A stretch of DNA of 64,000 nt from Octopus sinensis (taxonomy: Eukaryota): contig NC_042997.1 in NCBI RefSeq assembly GCF_006345805.1, positions 93,620,001 through 93,684,000 of the forward strand, given 5' to 3'. The translations under genes and the position numbers were made by a program. This document shows, piece by piece, positions 47,095 through 61,090 of the stretch. Each line of letters begins with the position of its first letter. The first letter of the stretch is position 1. Below the pieces are notes generated by a model. That model ran no database searches. It was given only the letters and a program-made list of their open reading frames with translations, and had not been told where the DNA came from.

Positions 47095-50069
47095 TTTATA
47101 ATATGATTGTTTTACATGTTGAAATTCTGATTAATCGAATAACGTCCCATGTCAGTACCTGGAATATCATAGAACAACTTACTAGACGAGTAAAAATTAA
47201 AACATTTTGTCGTTCTTTCTAAAAAGTCCCTCGCAACCACTGTTTTCACATATTTGTATATTTATTTCAAAATAGTGAAATATATAGCATTCACATTTCG
47301 CGAAATACAGTCTTAGTTAATTTCCAAAATTGTCGGTGTTAGAATATTAATTATAGTTTATAATTATAGTAGCTCAAATTAGTTTTGGAATGATAACACG
47401 GATTATGAAAGCTATTTATACTAATTTCTTTCTCCCTTTTTAGAATTTTATTTTAATAATACATTAATAAATCATTTAACTAAAAAGAAAGGAGTTACTT
47501 AGAAGCACAAATATTCACTGTGGATCCACTTATTATATGTCCGTAATTATCTAAAACAACCATAATCGTTGGTCAGTTGGTTATCAATATATATAAACAC
47601 AACTTTGTATCTAGACAAAAACTATTCATGTTTGCAATCGTGTAAATAAATGTTTTATTAAATAATGTTTATATATATTGGAGTTGTGCTTGTTTGACAA
47701 TTAATTTGATCTGAGATTGTTGAAGCTGAAACAATTTCATCGTGTTTATAAGTCATGACTATCATCTAATACATAGATCGTTCTGTTCACTTTGTTATTA
47801 ATGTTATTTTGGGGCATTTTGTAATATAATAATATATACTTATAAAGTCAACAAATTTAGTCGTACATCTACGACCTGTTCTTTTCTCTTGACTCTATAT
47901 TCCACTGCACCCATGGAATAGTTTTTGTGAATAGGACGTAAAAGTACTTCGAAATTCTTTGACAATATACATCTATATTGGCATTACCAAATAAAAGTGA
48001 ATGTTAGATATGTGTTTTAAATAACTCTCATGACTACCACGGTGCAGTTTGTTATATATGCATGCAATAAGCTATGTCTGCTATCGCCTTTTACTGTTTT
48101 ATTGATACTACTTCAGTCTTACTTTATTCACTACTTAACCTCCCCCACCACTACCACTATCCGTTAATTTTGGGTTCTACTTTTCGTTTATTATTACTAA
48201 TTGTGCTACTTTTGTTTTCAGCATAAATATTTTTGATTACCTCACAAATTACCGTTTTCGTTTTCTTTCCGCTAGTTATATAAATATCTAGATTTAGGTA
48301 TGTGCAATGTTCAATTTCTTCTTATCCCCTATTCAGTTGTGACATTTCATCACAAGATTCGTTGGGTGCTTTCGTAGTTGTCATCATTTTAAACCTCCCT
48401 TGTATTTTTGGCGGAGCAGCTTTACGGTTTAGTTAAAATTCCAGCAAGGTTCTTCTTATTGAGTACTTTATCTTCTCGAATAATAATCATTTTGAAATAA
48501 AATTGACACCGGTTGTGTTTATGTATTTGTGCATCATTTTATTGATTAGTGAGTTATACTCTCAATTCTGTTTGAGTTAACAGTAGATATGTTGTGTTTA
48601 TATATTCAACTTAATCAAAATAACTATTAATTGATATTTTATATAATAGCGATCTGTTTTACTTGTATGTTTAAGAAATCGGAATATTTCACATTGATTT
48701 TGTTCCTTCCGTCACATGTTATTTACCTGAGCTTTATCTAATGGTAGCAGTGGTAGTGGCAGGTGGGGTGGGGAAATAGACATTGCGAATGTATGTAATA
48801 CACACACACACACACAAACATATATATATATATATAAAATTTAAAAGTGCCTGGATTGCTGCGGGCAAAATAATAACTTAATTATATTGCTGTTAAAATT
48901 TACACGTAATTTCTTTTTACTTTTCAATTATATTAAGAGCTTTGATAATTACCTAATATTTTGCTTTCAAAAGAGTTTTTCACCACCTCTTCAATGTTAT
49001 CATTTTATTGAAACCAAAGCCAGGTAAATGAACGTTGTAGTTCGTAAATAGTTAAAAACTGAAATAATTTGCCGACCTGGGATACTACTGTTTACTTCAC
49101 TCATTGATTTCTTTTCTAAAAAGTACCAGTACTCTATTGGCTTCGATTTCAGCTACAGTATCAGTTACCTGATCTATTATAGAAAAATATCAGTGTGGTG
49201 AAGGGTAGAAACATTAGAGTGCCATATTAAAATGCCTTGTAATATGGTAATGTCCCTCGACATTCTGAATTCAAACTCTGTTGGAGTCGACTTTATTTTT
49301 CATTCCATGCTGAATCGAGAAAATAATTATAAAGTTACCAATAATTTACTGGGATCGAATCGATTGACTACACCTTGTAGTCTAGTGTCCCTCGGTTGGT
49401 AAGAATCATTAGAACGTCAGACAAAATACATTGAGGTCTTTAATTAATGCTCTTTATGCTCTGAGTTCAGATTCCTGAGATCGACTCTTTCATCCTTCTA
49501 CTGTCGATAAAATAAATGTTGGAGTCAATGTAATAACCTCCCCCACCCCCAGTTGCCTTTTCTCCTGGTAATAATGATTTAACGTCTGTCTTCCACGTTA
49601 GGGATTGTTTGGATGGTTTGACAAGATCCAATGAGCCAAGGACTGCATTGAGTACTTAGTATTTATTGTTCCAGTACATGTCACATACAAAGCCTACTTT
49701 CTTTGTTAACCTTTCTGTAATTCCACTGTACCGTTTGTGTTCATAGCTTATACGAGCTCTGTACGGAATTACTACTTACATCTATTCTACTTATTGAGCA
49801 AGGCCTTTTCATGAATGGTGTAAACAAATATATTTTTTGTTGTTGTTAAATTAATTTTAATGCCTTTTGATTCCAGGTTTTGCTTTCCTACCTGGAATTT
49901 GTTTTCTAGCTCAACTACAGGTTCTTGTAAATTGTGGTCATCAGCATGTAGTAGTTTTCAAGGGCAACTGGTCTTAAATTTATTTTTTATGACTTGGAGA
50001 ACTATGATGAATTGGAGGGGCCCATGTACTGAACCCCAGTGAATATATGTTGTGAAAGAAACATTTTTT

Positions 50070-50300
50070 TTGTCGTTGTCACGGGCACTGGTGTCATGTA
50101 AAAAGCACTGGTGATAGTGCTGCATAAAAACCACCCAGTACACTCTGTGGAGTGGTTAGCATTAGGACGAGCATCCAGCTGTAGAAACCAAGCCAAGACA
50201 GACGATGGAACCTGGTGTGGCTCCTGGCCTTGCCAGTTCCTGTCAAGCTTTCCAACCCATGCCAGTATAGAAAACAGATGCTAAATGTTGATCATGATGA
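50070..50300 (+). mobile_element. RTE-type 3' tail or SINE
   Basis: CATGTAAAAAGCAC...GGAGTGGTTAGCATTAGGACGAGCATCCAGCTGTAGAAAC...CAACCCATGCCAG. Confidence 0.7.
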
Positions 50301-51137
50301 TTCACACAGCCATGCCGAGTTCCCTGTCAATTTACAAGTTCCATGTATCCATTATTATACTGAATTCAGGATAATGAATGTCTGCCTATTTCTCTCCTAG
50401 ATATTAATCCAAACTACTTCCCCAATGGTGTTTGGATTTCCCATTATTAAAAACTTTTGTCTTTGTTTTGTTGATATTTTTTTTTTTGAGAATACAAAAC
50501 ATTCATCAAAGTTTGGATACCTTTTTATGTAACTCTGTGATGAATTCTATTCAATGAGAATCATATCTTCAGTTTGTAAAAGTTCCCCAAGGATAAAGAC
50601 TCCCAAACTTCTGTGTTATTTCTCAAAGACTATATTTGAGTATGTTAATTATTTGGTTTCTTTTCAATATTTTCTTGGTTCTTAAAAAGGAAATATTATC
50701 AATCTACCTAAATTTGAAAATTTTCTGTAATTTTTTTTTTTTAACCTTAATTTCTGTAGCGTGAACTTGGACTCTCTGATATAGAAAAAATAGATAGAAT
50801 TGTATAAAGCATATATTTTCTATAAGTTTAGTATCTGTGTTTGCTCACCTATATTCCTGCATTGCTTACCAGGTGTAGGTGAATAAACTCTATTGCCCAG
50901 TAAAGTTTGCATTTTGTGAATCTTGAGAAAGGTAAAAAGTAAACTTTAAAAGAAAATTCTGACTGAGCAGTATGCTGTTTTTGTTACTATTCATATTTTA
51001 GAGACTAACTTGGAGACTTCATTTTCATGAAGAACAATAAGTTAAGCTAGTATTAGAGTTAATTATGCAGTGAGAGAAAGACAATACTAGTTAATAATTA
51101 ATATTACCTTTATTATTCTGGCAAGTACAGAAGATAA

Positions 51138-51179
51138 CTCTGGGCATATTTCAGTATTATTCTGACCTCATCAGCAAAG
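51138..51179 (-). ncRNA. Decayed minimal hammerhead motif
   Basis: Minus strand reads CTTTG-CTGATGA-GGT cagaataat ACT-GAAA-TATG-CC-CAGAG. Stems I and II pair, but U16.1 is C, so it is probably inactive. Confidence 0.4.
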
Positions 51180-51304
51180 GACAGACTGCACTATAGTTGT
51201 TGAAGCAGTAATAAGAAAATTATCAAATGGACATATTGGACACACAACATTGCACACAAGGTGACCTATTGGCATTGGAAATTGGCATTATTTAGCATAC
51301 AAAT

Positions 51305-51460
51305 GTCTTTATGTTCTGATTTCAAATTTCACTGAGGTCGATTTTTCCTTTCGTCCTGTCGAGGTCAATAAATTAAGTGCCACTGAAACACTGGGGACGA
51401 TGTAACCGACTAGTACCCTCCCCCAAAATTTCAGGACTTGTGCCTATAGTAGAAAGGATT
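51305..51460 (+). mobile_element. SINE family B copy
   Basis: TTCTGATTTCAAATTTCACTGAGGTCGATTTTTCCTTTCGTCC...AAAATTTCAGGACTTGTGCCTATAGTAGAAAGG. Confidence 0.7.
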
Positions 51461-52543
51461 ATTGAACATACAAAAAAAAAAACAATAGCTAAGTTCATGT
51501 TAACTGATAACTTTTGTGATTGATGTGCTCTTTTTGACTTTTCTGGAAACACGTATAGGAATAGAGAGAGGAAGTTCTACCATTTGGACTGGTTGTGTCT
51601 TTTCCTAAAACTAACTTAGGCATGTAAGCTATGTTTATTCCTTACTCCCTAGCAACTGGCATCATTTTATATGCATTTTCATGCTGGCATGGATTGACTG
51701 GTTTCAGCATCTCACCACCTGCCATAGTCCTTCATTTTTCTTTGGTCTTTCTTGTGTTTAATAGTCCTGGCACATGTCTCTAATGCTGAGGGGAATTATT
51801 TTAAAACCATGGACAGTCAAATGCTTAATGAAGCCATTATTTTAGGTGGTGATGGCTACAATATTTTCATAGTTTAAGTTAGGACCAGTGAGTCAAAGCT
51901 TCAAATAGTGGCATTTTTCTTTTTCTTTTTGTTGCATTTCAAAAGGGCAAATCATAGCCAAAGTGTTAAAAGCTACTCTTGAAGAAGCTGAATGAGCTTA
52001 ACATAGTTTAGGAAATTATGATGTACCTTTAAACAAAAAGGAAATAATACTTAAATATAATGGTGGAATGCTTCAACAATTCATCTAAGTTTGCAAATCC
52101 ATCTGGTGCATCGAAAATTTGATGTTCTGTCCCATATCAGTCCTTATTGAGCAAACCTAGTTTGTTTTCCAGTTGTGACATTGTGTCTTTTCTTTTCTGA
52201 AGTTGGTTTATACTGAATACTTTAAGATGCTAGTAAAAGGCTCTGTTATACCCTAGCTATACTTCTGTTCTCAATGCTGTAATTTCCTGTACAGACTAAA
52301 TAGTTTGTGTGCAATGTAAGTATCTTTGTTTACAACACAATCAAAATAGCATGGAAAAGGTTTGTCATTACAATGCAGACATTAATTAACAATATTGACC
52401 AGTAGTCAGTGAAAGCCAATCTAAAGCTATAGATATTGAATGAATTTTATTTCATATTGAAAGCTCAAAGCTCTTGTAAACACAAAATTTAAGAAAACTC
52501 CAGTAAACAGGAAGCTTAATGCTCCAATAAACAGCAAGTTTAA

Positions 52544-52762
52544 CCCTTTAGTGTTCAGATTATTCTATCAAACATAATGCTTATTGATTCACATTGATTT
52601 GAATTAATCATGCATTATCTCATATCTTCAAGATGTTGATGGTGTAATTACTTAATGTAGAATAACATTGTTGGGTAGGTGTGAGAGCCTGGATCTGGTC
52701 AGTTTGAGCATAAAACAGATTAAATATTTTGGCCAGATATGGCTGGTTTAAATACTAAAGGG
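52544..52762. mobile_element. piggyBac-type (TTAA) MITE
   Basis: TTAA-CCCTTTAGTGTT ... AATACTAAAGGG-TTAA. Confidence 0.8.
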
Positions 52763-53967
52763 TTAACGATCTAGTGAACAATCAGAAATTTAGAGAAGCA
52801 CTTGTTAAAATATTTGACAGGAAGGAGATAAACATAACATAGAGGACAACTGAAAGTTCCTTCAGAACAATTAACTGAGGATAACAGACCAAATTTGTGG
52901 TTGATGCAAAGTTCCAACTGGACTGGGAGTGAATGGTGGTGGATTAGCCAAATAGATAGAGCACAGAGACATGCTTGGAAAAACAGGGAGAATGGGGGCA
53001 GCAGAGAGTTATATTAGGTAGCTAGAAGGGAAGCTAGGTGACAGGTTTACTTAGCAAGGGGAAAAGCAAAAAGGAAGAGATGTGTTATTGTTCTATAGCA
53101 TGAGAATCAGAAGCATTACAGATTTGGCCAAAATTTTAATTGAAACTCGAAATAGAATATATATGGGAGTTATTGGACTGCAAACCTGAAGAGCTGTCAA
53201 ACAAGGACTTCAATGAATTAGAAGCAGGGAGAATTGTAGAGAAGACTAGTCAAGGAACTTGTTCATTGTGAAGGAGTTGGCAGGCATGTTTTCATGTCTT
53301 AATAAAGATCTTACCCAGATGAAATTAATGGAGCAAAACATAGATATGCCAAGGTCAAAAGATATATTAAAGAAGCATTGTTGAGAAATATATGAAAACA
53401 AAACAAGTTTATGTGTTGAAGTTTAATTGTTGAAGAGCTGATAAATTTTAAGTATTAACTTAGTATTACAACTACAGTTATAAACTGGCTGCTCAAATTT
53501 ACTACTACTACTACTACTGCTGCTGCTGCCGCCGCCCCCACCACCACCTCCACTGTCTCAAATTACATTTTATGATAAGAATTTACTGATTAATTTTACT
53601 GCTTTAATTTTTCTTTTGTATGTGTGTATTGTACACACTTTTATTGTGTTTAACATATTTCCTCATCTTAAAATGTTGCAGTGTTTTATAATACTGTAAA
53701 TTCTTTCATTATTGCATTTTATGAGACGAATTTACTGATTCTTTTTACTCTTTTAATTTATTTTCTTTGCTACATTTGTATTGTGTTCACTTCTATTAAT
53801 ACATGTTTGAAAACTTGTCTTTTTTTTTTTTTTCAATTTTCCCATCTTAGAATGTGCAAGTGTGTTGTGTATTATTCTAAATGGTTTTGCTTTCATTCGT
53901 TTTCTTGTAATATAATACAAAGCAAAGGTAGTCAAGCCAAAGAAAGAACTCATAAAATATATTAATA

Positions 53968-55259
53968 CGAGGGGCGTTCAATAAGTAATGCCCCTGACCC
54001 ATTTCCCATAGCAGTAGAGCAACGAAACTTGGCACAGGTATTAGTCTTTTTCAGCATAGGAACAACCCATAGTTATGCATTTCTCCCATCGTTTGATGCA
54101 GCTCTGGAGACTGTTTTCGTAGAAGAGCCCAGCTTAGTCCTCCAACCACGACGTGACTTCAGAAATCAAGGCTGCATCATCTGGGAAACGCTTTCCTTTC
54201 AAAAACAACTTCATGGCTGGGAAGAAGTGAAAATCAGAGGGTGCAAGGTCAGGAGAGTAGGGGGATGGGGGAAGAGTTCATAGCCACACGCCTGTGCTTC
54301 TGATCTGGCGACACGCGAGTTGTGGACCGGAGCGTTGTCCTGCAGGAGGAGGATGCCTTTGCTGATCTTGCCCCGCCTCTTGGTTTTGATAGTTTCTCTT
54401 AATTTCCTCAAAAGTGAAGCATGATAGGCTCCTGTAATTGTGGTACCCTTTGCCAGGAAATCTGTCATCACTACTCCGTCCTGGTCCCAGAAGACTGTGA
54501 GCATGACCTTGCCAGCGGAGGGCTGCACCCTTGCCTACTTTGGAGGAGGTGAGTCATGGTGCTTCCACTGCATTGACTGGGCTTTGGTCTCTGGATCATA
54601 GTGATGGACCCTGGTCTCATCCTGTGTAATCAGTCTTTTGAAAAATTTTGACTCATCTTCTTGGCACATCCCTAAATTCATCCTCGAGCACTCGACGCGT
54701 TTTTGCTTCTGGAAAAGAGTGAGCAACCTGGGAATCCATCTGGCAGACACCTTTTGCATATGCAAATGGTCATGAATGATAGTTTCCACAGACCCGGTAC
54801 TAATCTTGACCTCATGGGCTATTTGGCGAATAGTTATGCGTCGATCTTCCAAAATGGCAGCCTCAACTTGACGGACAGATGCCTCATCAATGGCAGAAGG
54901 GGTGCAACCAGATCTGGGAGCTGTTTCCACAGAGTTCCGACCATGTTTGAATTCACAATGCCAGCGTTTTACAAGGTCATATGATGGGGCATCATCACCA
55001 TAAGTTACTTTCATTTCATTAAAAGTCTCCTGTGGTGTGCGTCATTTCAAATACAAAAACTGGATCACTGCTTGACACTCAACAGTCTCCATTTCCCACT
55101 TGACTCATTTCAAACACATGTAAATCACAAACCACAATTAGTTCGGAGCTGTAATTTGCCACTTAATCTATAGAGATATAAATAATCACACATGCAAAAT
55201 TTCAGCTAGATCAAACAACGGCAAGTGGGTCAGAGGCATTACTTATTGAACGCCCCTTG
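53968..55259 (-). mobile_element. Full-length mariner transposon (1292 bp), irritans/Hsmar2-like
   Basis: 34-bp TIRs C(G/A)AGGGGCGTTCAATAAGTAATGCC(C/T)CTGACCCA with TA on both sides. Confidence 0.93.
54041..55092 (-). pseudogene. Mariner DD34D transposase pseudogene
   Basis: METVECQAVIQFLYLK* ... SARWIPRLL ... ITQDET ... PPPK* ... LLQDNAPVH ... HPP, frameshift, YSPDLAPSDF ... EKD*. Two in-frame stops and one frameshift. Confidence 0.9.
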
Positions 55260-55400
55260 TAAATACATAAAATAAGGCATAAAAAAGTAAAGTTAAATAT
55301 ATTACAAGTACAGACTAGAAACATATAAAATCACCCACCACACTAAATAGTTTTCAACTTCTGCCCATTTCAACTTAGAGCCAGTAGCTGTATGTATGTG

Positions 55401-55431
<31 letters not shown>

Positions 55432-55479
55432 ATGCTGTATTTGAGAAGTTCCACCCATCACAACAGGACTGAAATCCTA

Positions 55480-56100
55480 AAAGCAAGGTGCCATGTAAAA
55501 AGCATTCGTGAGGGTGATGATGCCACATAAAAAGCACCCAGTACATTTTGTGAAGTGGTTGGCAAAATAGACATGGATCTTGGTGTGACCCTTGGCCTTA
55601 TCAGTTTCAGTCAATTCATCCAACCAATGCTAGCATGGAAAATGGACTCTAATGATGATGATATATAATCACACACACACACACACAAACACACATATAT
55701 ATATATATACATATGCACATATACAACAGGCTTTTTTCAGTTTCCGTCTACTAAATCCATTCATAAGGTTTTGGTTGGCTTGAGGCTATAGTAGAAAACA
55801 CTTGCCCAAGGTGGCACACAGTGGGACTGAACCTGGAACCGTATAGTTCGGAAGCAAGCTTCTTATCACACAGCCATGCCTACACTATAATTCTTTTTTT
55901 CTTTTTACTTGTTTCAGTCATTTGACTGCAGCCATGCTGGAGCACCGCCTTAAAGGGTTTTAGTAAGAGAAATCAACCCCAGGACTTATACTTCGTAAGC
56001 CTTGTACTTATTCTATTGGTCTCTTTTGCCGAACTGCTAAGCTACAGGGTCATAAACACACCAGCATCAGTTGTCAAGCAATGGTGGGAGGGTAAACACA
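55480..56100. mobile_element. RTE-type tail (+, 55480-55660) and SINE family A copy (-, 55725-56100)
   Basis: Family motifs as in the other copies. Confidence 0.7.
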
Positions 56101-56129
56101 GAGACATACATATATACTTACATACATAC

Positions 56130-56610
56130 TCAAGGAATATTGGTGGAATATTCTCATCAGAACTACTGTCAAATGTGAACATAATAGGCCAGATATTGTT
56201 GTTTGGGACAGAGGAGCAAAGGTATGTACCGTCATAGAGGTCAGCTGCCCTGCAGATATAAATATCTCTTTGAAAATCAAAGAAGAGGATATATATGGAC
56301 AACTGCTCCAAAACTTCCAGCTTCTGTATCCAGATTATGAATTCATATTCATACCAATAATAATTGGAGCACTAGGTTTTGTTAGTAAATACTTAAAGGA
56401 GAATCTGGATAAACTGGGATTTTCAGGAAGAGAAATTGACCAGCTAATTCATATATTACAAATGCAATCTGTGAGTGGCACAGTAAAAATATGCAAGACT
56501 TTTCTTAAGTTACAAATGTGAATTTATTTGTGTTAACTATATCCTAAAGATGGAGCCTTGTATCTTTGTTGGTAACCGGCTCCATCCACAGAGGAAGATT
56601 TATAATAATT
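56130..56610 (+). mobile_element. R4/Dong-like LINE 3' end (REL endonuclease)
   Basis: WWNILIRTTVKCEHNRPDIVVWD, then (shifted) EVSCPADINISLKIKEEDIYGQLLQN...IPIIIGALGFV...SVSGTVKICKTFLK; same family as 29740-30130. Confidence 0.8.
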
Positions 56611-56631
56611 AAAAAATAGAAGAGACACATA

Positions 56632-57770
56632 TTGGGTTGGCAATTTTTTTAAATTAAAATTTTTTTAAGGGTTTAATAAAAAATAACAACTAATTAATCA
56701 ATAATGTATTCACCTTTATTGTTAACAACTTCTTCCCATCGTTCAACAAGATTTTCAATACCTCGTTGGTAGAAATCACCCGATTTCGACGCGAAAAATT
56801 GATCCAACTCAAGCTCTCAATTCTGCATCAGTATTGAATGAAACTCCATGTATAGCATTTGAAAGAGATCGAAAGAGGTGGAAATCCATTGGTGCCAAAT
56901 CAGGAGAGTATGGCAGGTGTGGCAGCACTAATCATTCATTTGAATGGCTTCCTTGGTCATATTGGCGATATGAGGGCAGACATTATTATGCAGCAGAAGA
57001 ACTCCATGCTGCCAATTAGGTCTTTTCTCTTGAATAGCCATGTTGAGTCGTTCCATCTGTTGAACATAGTTCTGCGTTGACCATTTGGTTCTGTTCAAGC
57101 AATTTATAATGGATAATCCCTTCCCAGTCCCACCATATGCATAACATCATTTTACACGGATGAAGATCTTGTTTCATGCGCAGTGTCGCTTGTTTACAGG
57201 GGCTAAGCTATTCCTTACGCTGCTTCATATTGATGTACAGGCACCATTTTTCATCACCAGTAATGATTCGGTAAAGAAATCGTTGCTTGTGCCCATGAGT
57301 TGAACAGTGACCAGCAAGCAAACCAGCGGGGATTGTGGCTCGTTGATTTTTGTTGTTGTCACTTAAAGTATGCGGAACCCATGCTCCATACTTCTGAACC
57401 TTTCCCATCGAGTGAAGATACTTCTCTACAGCAGTGTGGGAGAATTCCATTTTCTCTGCCAGTTCCCTTGTTGTTTGAGGAGAATTTTCGTGCAAAAGTT
57501 GGTTTAATCGCTCTTCATCGAACTCAACTGGACGACCAGAACAAGGTGCATCTTTGAGGTCAAAATTTCCATTTTTGAACTTGGCATACCAATCACGAGT
57601 GGTTCTTTCAGCTATGGCACCCTCTCCATACACAGCACAAATGTTGCGAGCAGCTTTTGCAGCCTTAGAACCTTGATTAAAAGCAAAAAGAAGGTGTCGA
57701 AAATGTTCATTTTTCTTAACTTGACATTCCATTTTATTAATCTGAAAATAATCTAAAATTAACTAAAGAA
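56632..57770 (-). mobile_element. Second mariner (Mos1/Hsmar1-like); only one TIR found
   Basis: TA-TTGGGTTGGCAA at 56630-56643; the matching other end was not seen. Confidence 0.8.
56694..57732 (-). pseudogene. Mariner transposase pseudogene
   Basis: HTH ...W..KFKNG.F.L.D.P.SGRP, WVPHTL, ITGDEKW, then a stop; HDNARPH decayed to HNNVCPH; YSPDLAPMDFHLFRSL; frameshifts. Confidence 0.88.
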
Positions 57771-58419
57771 AAACAAAATAGATTCCAAATGATCCAAAAA
57801 TATAATTCTCAAAACAAAAAAAAAATAGATTCTAAAATTTAAATACGCAAGGTCAATATACAAAGTGTATTAAATACATAAAATACGAAAAATGTATGTG
57901 TGTTTACATACAAAATATTTGACTTACACAGAATAGAAATGATATCAAGAATTAGACGGGTTGAAGAAAAGTAGTGCAAATCCAACTGCTGTTTCTGGGG
58001 TCTCGGTGGTCCAAAATAATGTTTGTAGATAGATTCCATTGTCGGATGAGATGAGCCTCTATCATCAGGAAAGAGATCTTACATTTAAAGTGGGAATTGG
58101 AGAAGTACTCAGATAGGAAATAGAGAAAGGAGAAAATAAATTTCAAGGTTAGGAGCTAATAAGGAGGCTAGTAGGGAGTTAAAATTAGTAGTTATGGTGG
58201 AAGGTAGGAGGAAGAGGGAGGGTGGGTTAGGTAGTATGTGAATGGTAGTCCTTTGTGTTTGTATAAAAGCTATAAAATTAATGGTTGAAATAGTGAGAAA
58301 GGGAATGGCCATTATTTGAGAGGAATAAGTTGACTGGTTCAGACCTTTTTGTATGTAAACACATACATTTTTCATATTTCATGTATTTAATATACTTTGT
58401 ATATTGACCTGCCTAACTT

Positions 58420-58960
58420 GCTTGGATGAAAGGCAAAGTCAATCTCAGCGGAATTTGAACTAGGATCGTAGCTTTGGGCAAAATACCGCTAATTTAATAA
58501 TAATAATAATTAGAAAGCTATATTTTTCAACACATAAATACTGAACAGTATATACAAATGATAAAATCCTTTTAAGAGCAGAAAAGTTGATTTCAAATTT
58601 TTGCCACAAGGGCAGTTTGGGGAGGGATTTAGTTGATTACATCAACCCCAGTGTTTCACAGGTACTTTAATTTACCGACCCCAAAAATATGAAAGGCAAA
58701 GTCAACCTCAGCAGAATTTGGACCCTGAATGTAAAGACGGATGAAATGCCGCTAAGCATTAAGTCCGGCATGCTTAATGATTCTGCCAGCTCGCTGCCTG
58801 ATAATAATAATCCTTTCTACTATAGCCTCAAGGCCTAAAATCAACCCCCAGTGCTCAACTGCTACTTAATTTATCAACTCCAAAAGGATGAAAAGCAAAG
58901 TCAGCTTTGGCAGAATTTGAACACAGAACATAGAGTCAGAAGAAATGCTGCTAAACATAA
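58420..58960 (-). mobile_element. Cluster of three SINE family B copies, head to tail
   Basis: Repeated GAAAGGCAAAGTCAA..TC.GC.GAATTTG at about 58430, 58690 and 58890, with (TAA)n spacers. Confidence 0.7.
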
Positions 58961-59833
58961 CCTTAAATGATAATAATAACCAGTAAATCTTGTGGAACTT
59001 CCACATTTCTTAAATGTTCTTGTTTCTGTCTTGATGCATAAATTCACTGATCTTCTGAAACATAGTTTCATTATGTTTCATTTTATTCCTTAGTTAAAGT
59101 TGTTGACAATATAACACATGTAGCAAACAGAATATTATAAATACTTAGTATGAATCTTCATGTTTCTGTATGCCAAGTATGTTGAAGACACAACAAGAGT
59201 TCAGTTGGGATTCAAACTTTGGCCAGAGGCTCCATTTGCTACAGATACTATTCTATATAGCATGTCACATGTGTGTGATTGTTTCTATTATGGACACAAA
59301 GCCTGAAATTTTGAGAGAGCGGGGTATAGTCAATTACTTTGGCATCAATGCTCAACTGAAACAATGAAGGTTAACTTTAGTGGAATTTGAACTCAGGTGA
59401 TAAATAGCTGGGTAAATGGTGTTAAGCATTTTGTTTGACACTCTGATGGTTCTACCTGCCTGCCACCTTTGTCACATATATATTATAGAAGAAGAGAAAA
59501 AAATGCCATAGGGTATATTGTTCTTATGTAAGTAGACTGGCAGAAAAGGTAGACTACTTTTCAGACCAAAGAAACTCAATACTTTGAACTGACTTTGCCG
59601 TTTGTCTTTTGAAGTCGACAGTATATGTACCAGTAATGTACTGAAGTTGATTCAGTCACCCATATATTTCCCTACTAATTAGTGATTTTGTGTCAATGTA
59701 AAAAAAACTAAAATCTTACACAGTGGTGTTATACACTAAGCATTTTTTGCTTTTTCCTTTTTTGGAGCTAAGTTGATAATGCCCTTTCATAATGACATCT
59801 CCAATTACTTGTTCCCCTTTTAAAGATCTAAGC

Positions 59834-60383
59834 CAGTGGTTCCCAAACTTTTTTGGACTGCTACCCACTTAGCATCCAGGCCATATTCCTAGTGTTCCCA
59901 CTCCACATACATGCCACCACCATCACCACAAATATAGATGTCTTTCTACTGCAAATTCAAAATGAATGTATTTCACAAATAAAATTTTACCTAGTTAACC
60001 CATTAGTTTGCTGTTTTTACAATATGAAAAGTGTTTTTGTTATCATTATTGTTGTTGATGTTTTTGTTCAATGTTCTAGGTTTTCATATTTCTACAGAAT
60101 TCTCTTGAGAATTTTAGGATCAGCTTCATCAGTAGACTTTTGGGGAGTTTTAGTTATTTTTGTTCTCTGTTCTTGTTTTAAGAAAACAAGCAACTTTTTT
60201 CAGATTGATTTTTAAATTCTACTTTCTAAACCTGTGTGTACCATTGAAAAATAGAAGGGGAGTATTGCCACCCATTTCTTCCTTTTGACCACCTTGTTAT
60301 CACTCCATTTTTCTTCAACGCCTTCCTGGATTTTTCCACCACCCCAGGTGGTGGGACAGCACAACCCACTTTGGGAACCACTG
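59834..60383. mobile_element. hAT-type non-autonomous element
   Basis: TIRs CAGTGGTTCCCAAA; 8-bp TSD ATCTAAGC / ATCTTAGC (7/8). Confidence 0.85.
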
Positions 60384-61090
60384 ATCTTAGCCCACGTATA
60401 AATAATAATCTGAAACCTTGAGGTAGAATATTCATACTTTTGGGGAAAAGCATCTAAGTAACAATGGTTACAATTGAGATGCTGGAGTTTACTTGAACAT
60501 GACTGCTCACTCAATCAATCAGTAATAATAATAATTATAATAATAATGATAATAATAATAATAATCATTTCCACAATAGGCACAAGGCCTGAAATTTTTT
60601 GGAGAGTGGGCTAGTTGATTGCATCAATCCCAGTGTGCAAGTGGTACTTATTTCATCTACTTCAAAAGGATGAAAAACAAATATCATCTTTCAATTTAGC
60701 AGAATTGAAAACATAGAGCAAAACTAAATATTGGGAAATTGTTAGTCAGAAACTTTACTCCATATGATTTTCAAATACATTATATTTTGTCACCAGGGGT
60801 ACACAAATATAACATTACAAGCTGATACAATACACTGTAATAATAATGATGAAGATAGAAATAGACTGTCATATAAATATATTAATATAATTATGTAAAA
60901 TTTTACTGATAATGTTCTTAATCCAGATTCTTTAAGGGTCCTTCAACCACATACATTTTAATAAGCATAGTAACACCGTCCCTTGCAAAGAAATTTTAAA
61001 ATGGGGTCCTTTTGCTTAAAAAAAAACATCTTTATTTACTTTTTCTCTTTTCTCTTTTTCTTCATGAAACAGTTTTGACAAGCCTATGAC

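Noticed and set aside
50400-50700. Faint R4/RTE thumb-like translation on the minus strand
   Set aside because: Too many stops and too few matching residues to call by eye.
52900-53400. Purine-rich stretch that may be a decayed LINE RT (minus strand)
   Set aside because: No unambiguous RT motif could be read.
58040-58085. Minus-strand CTGATGA that could be a hammerhead
   Set aside because: No GAAA at the right position (GACA) and no convincing stems II and III.
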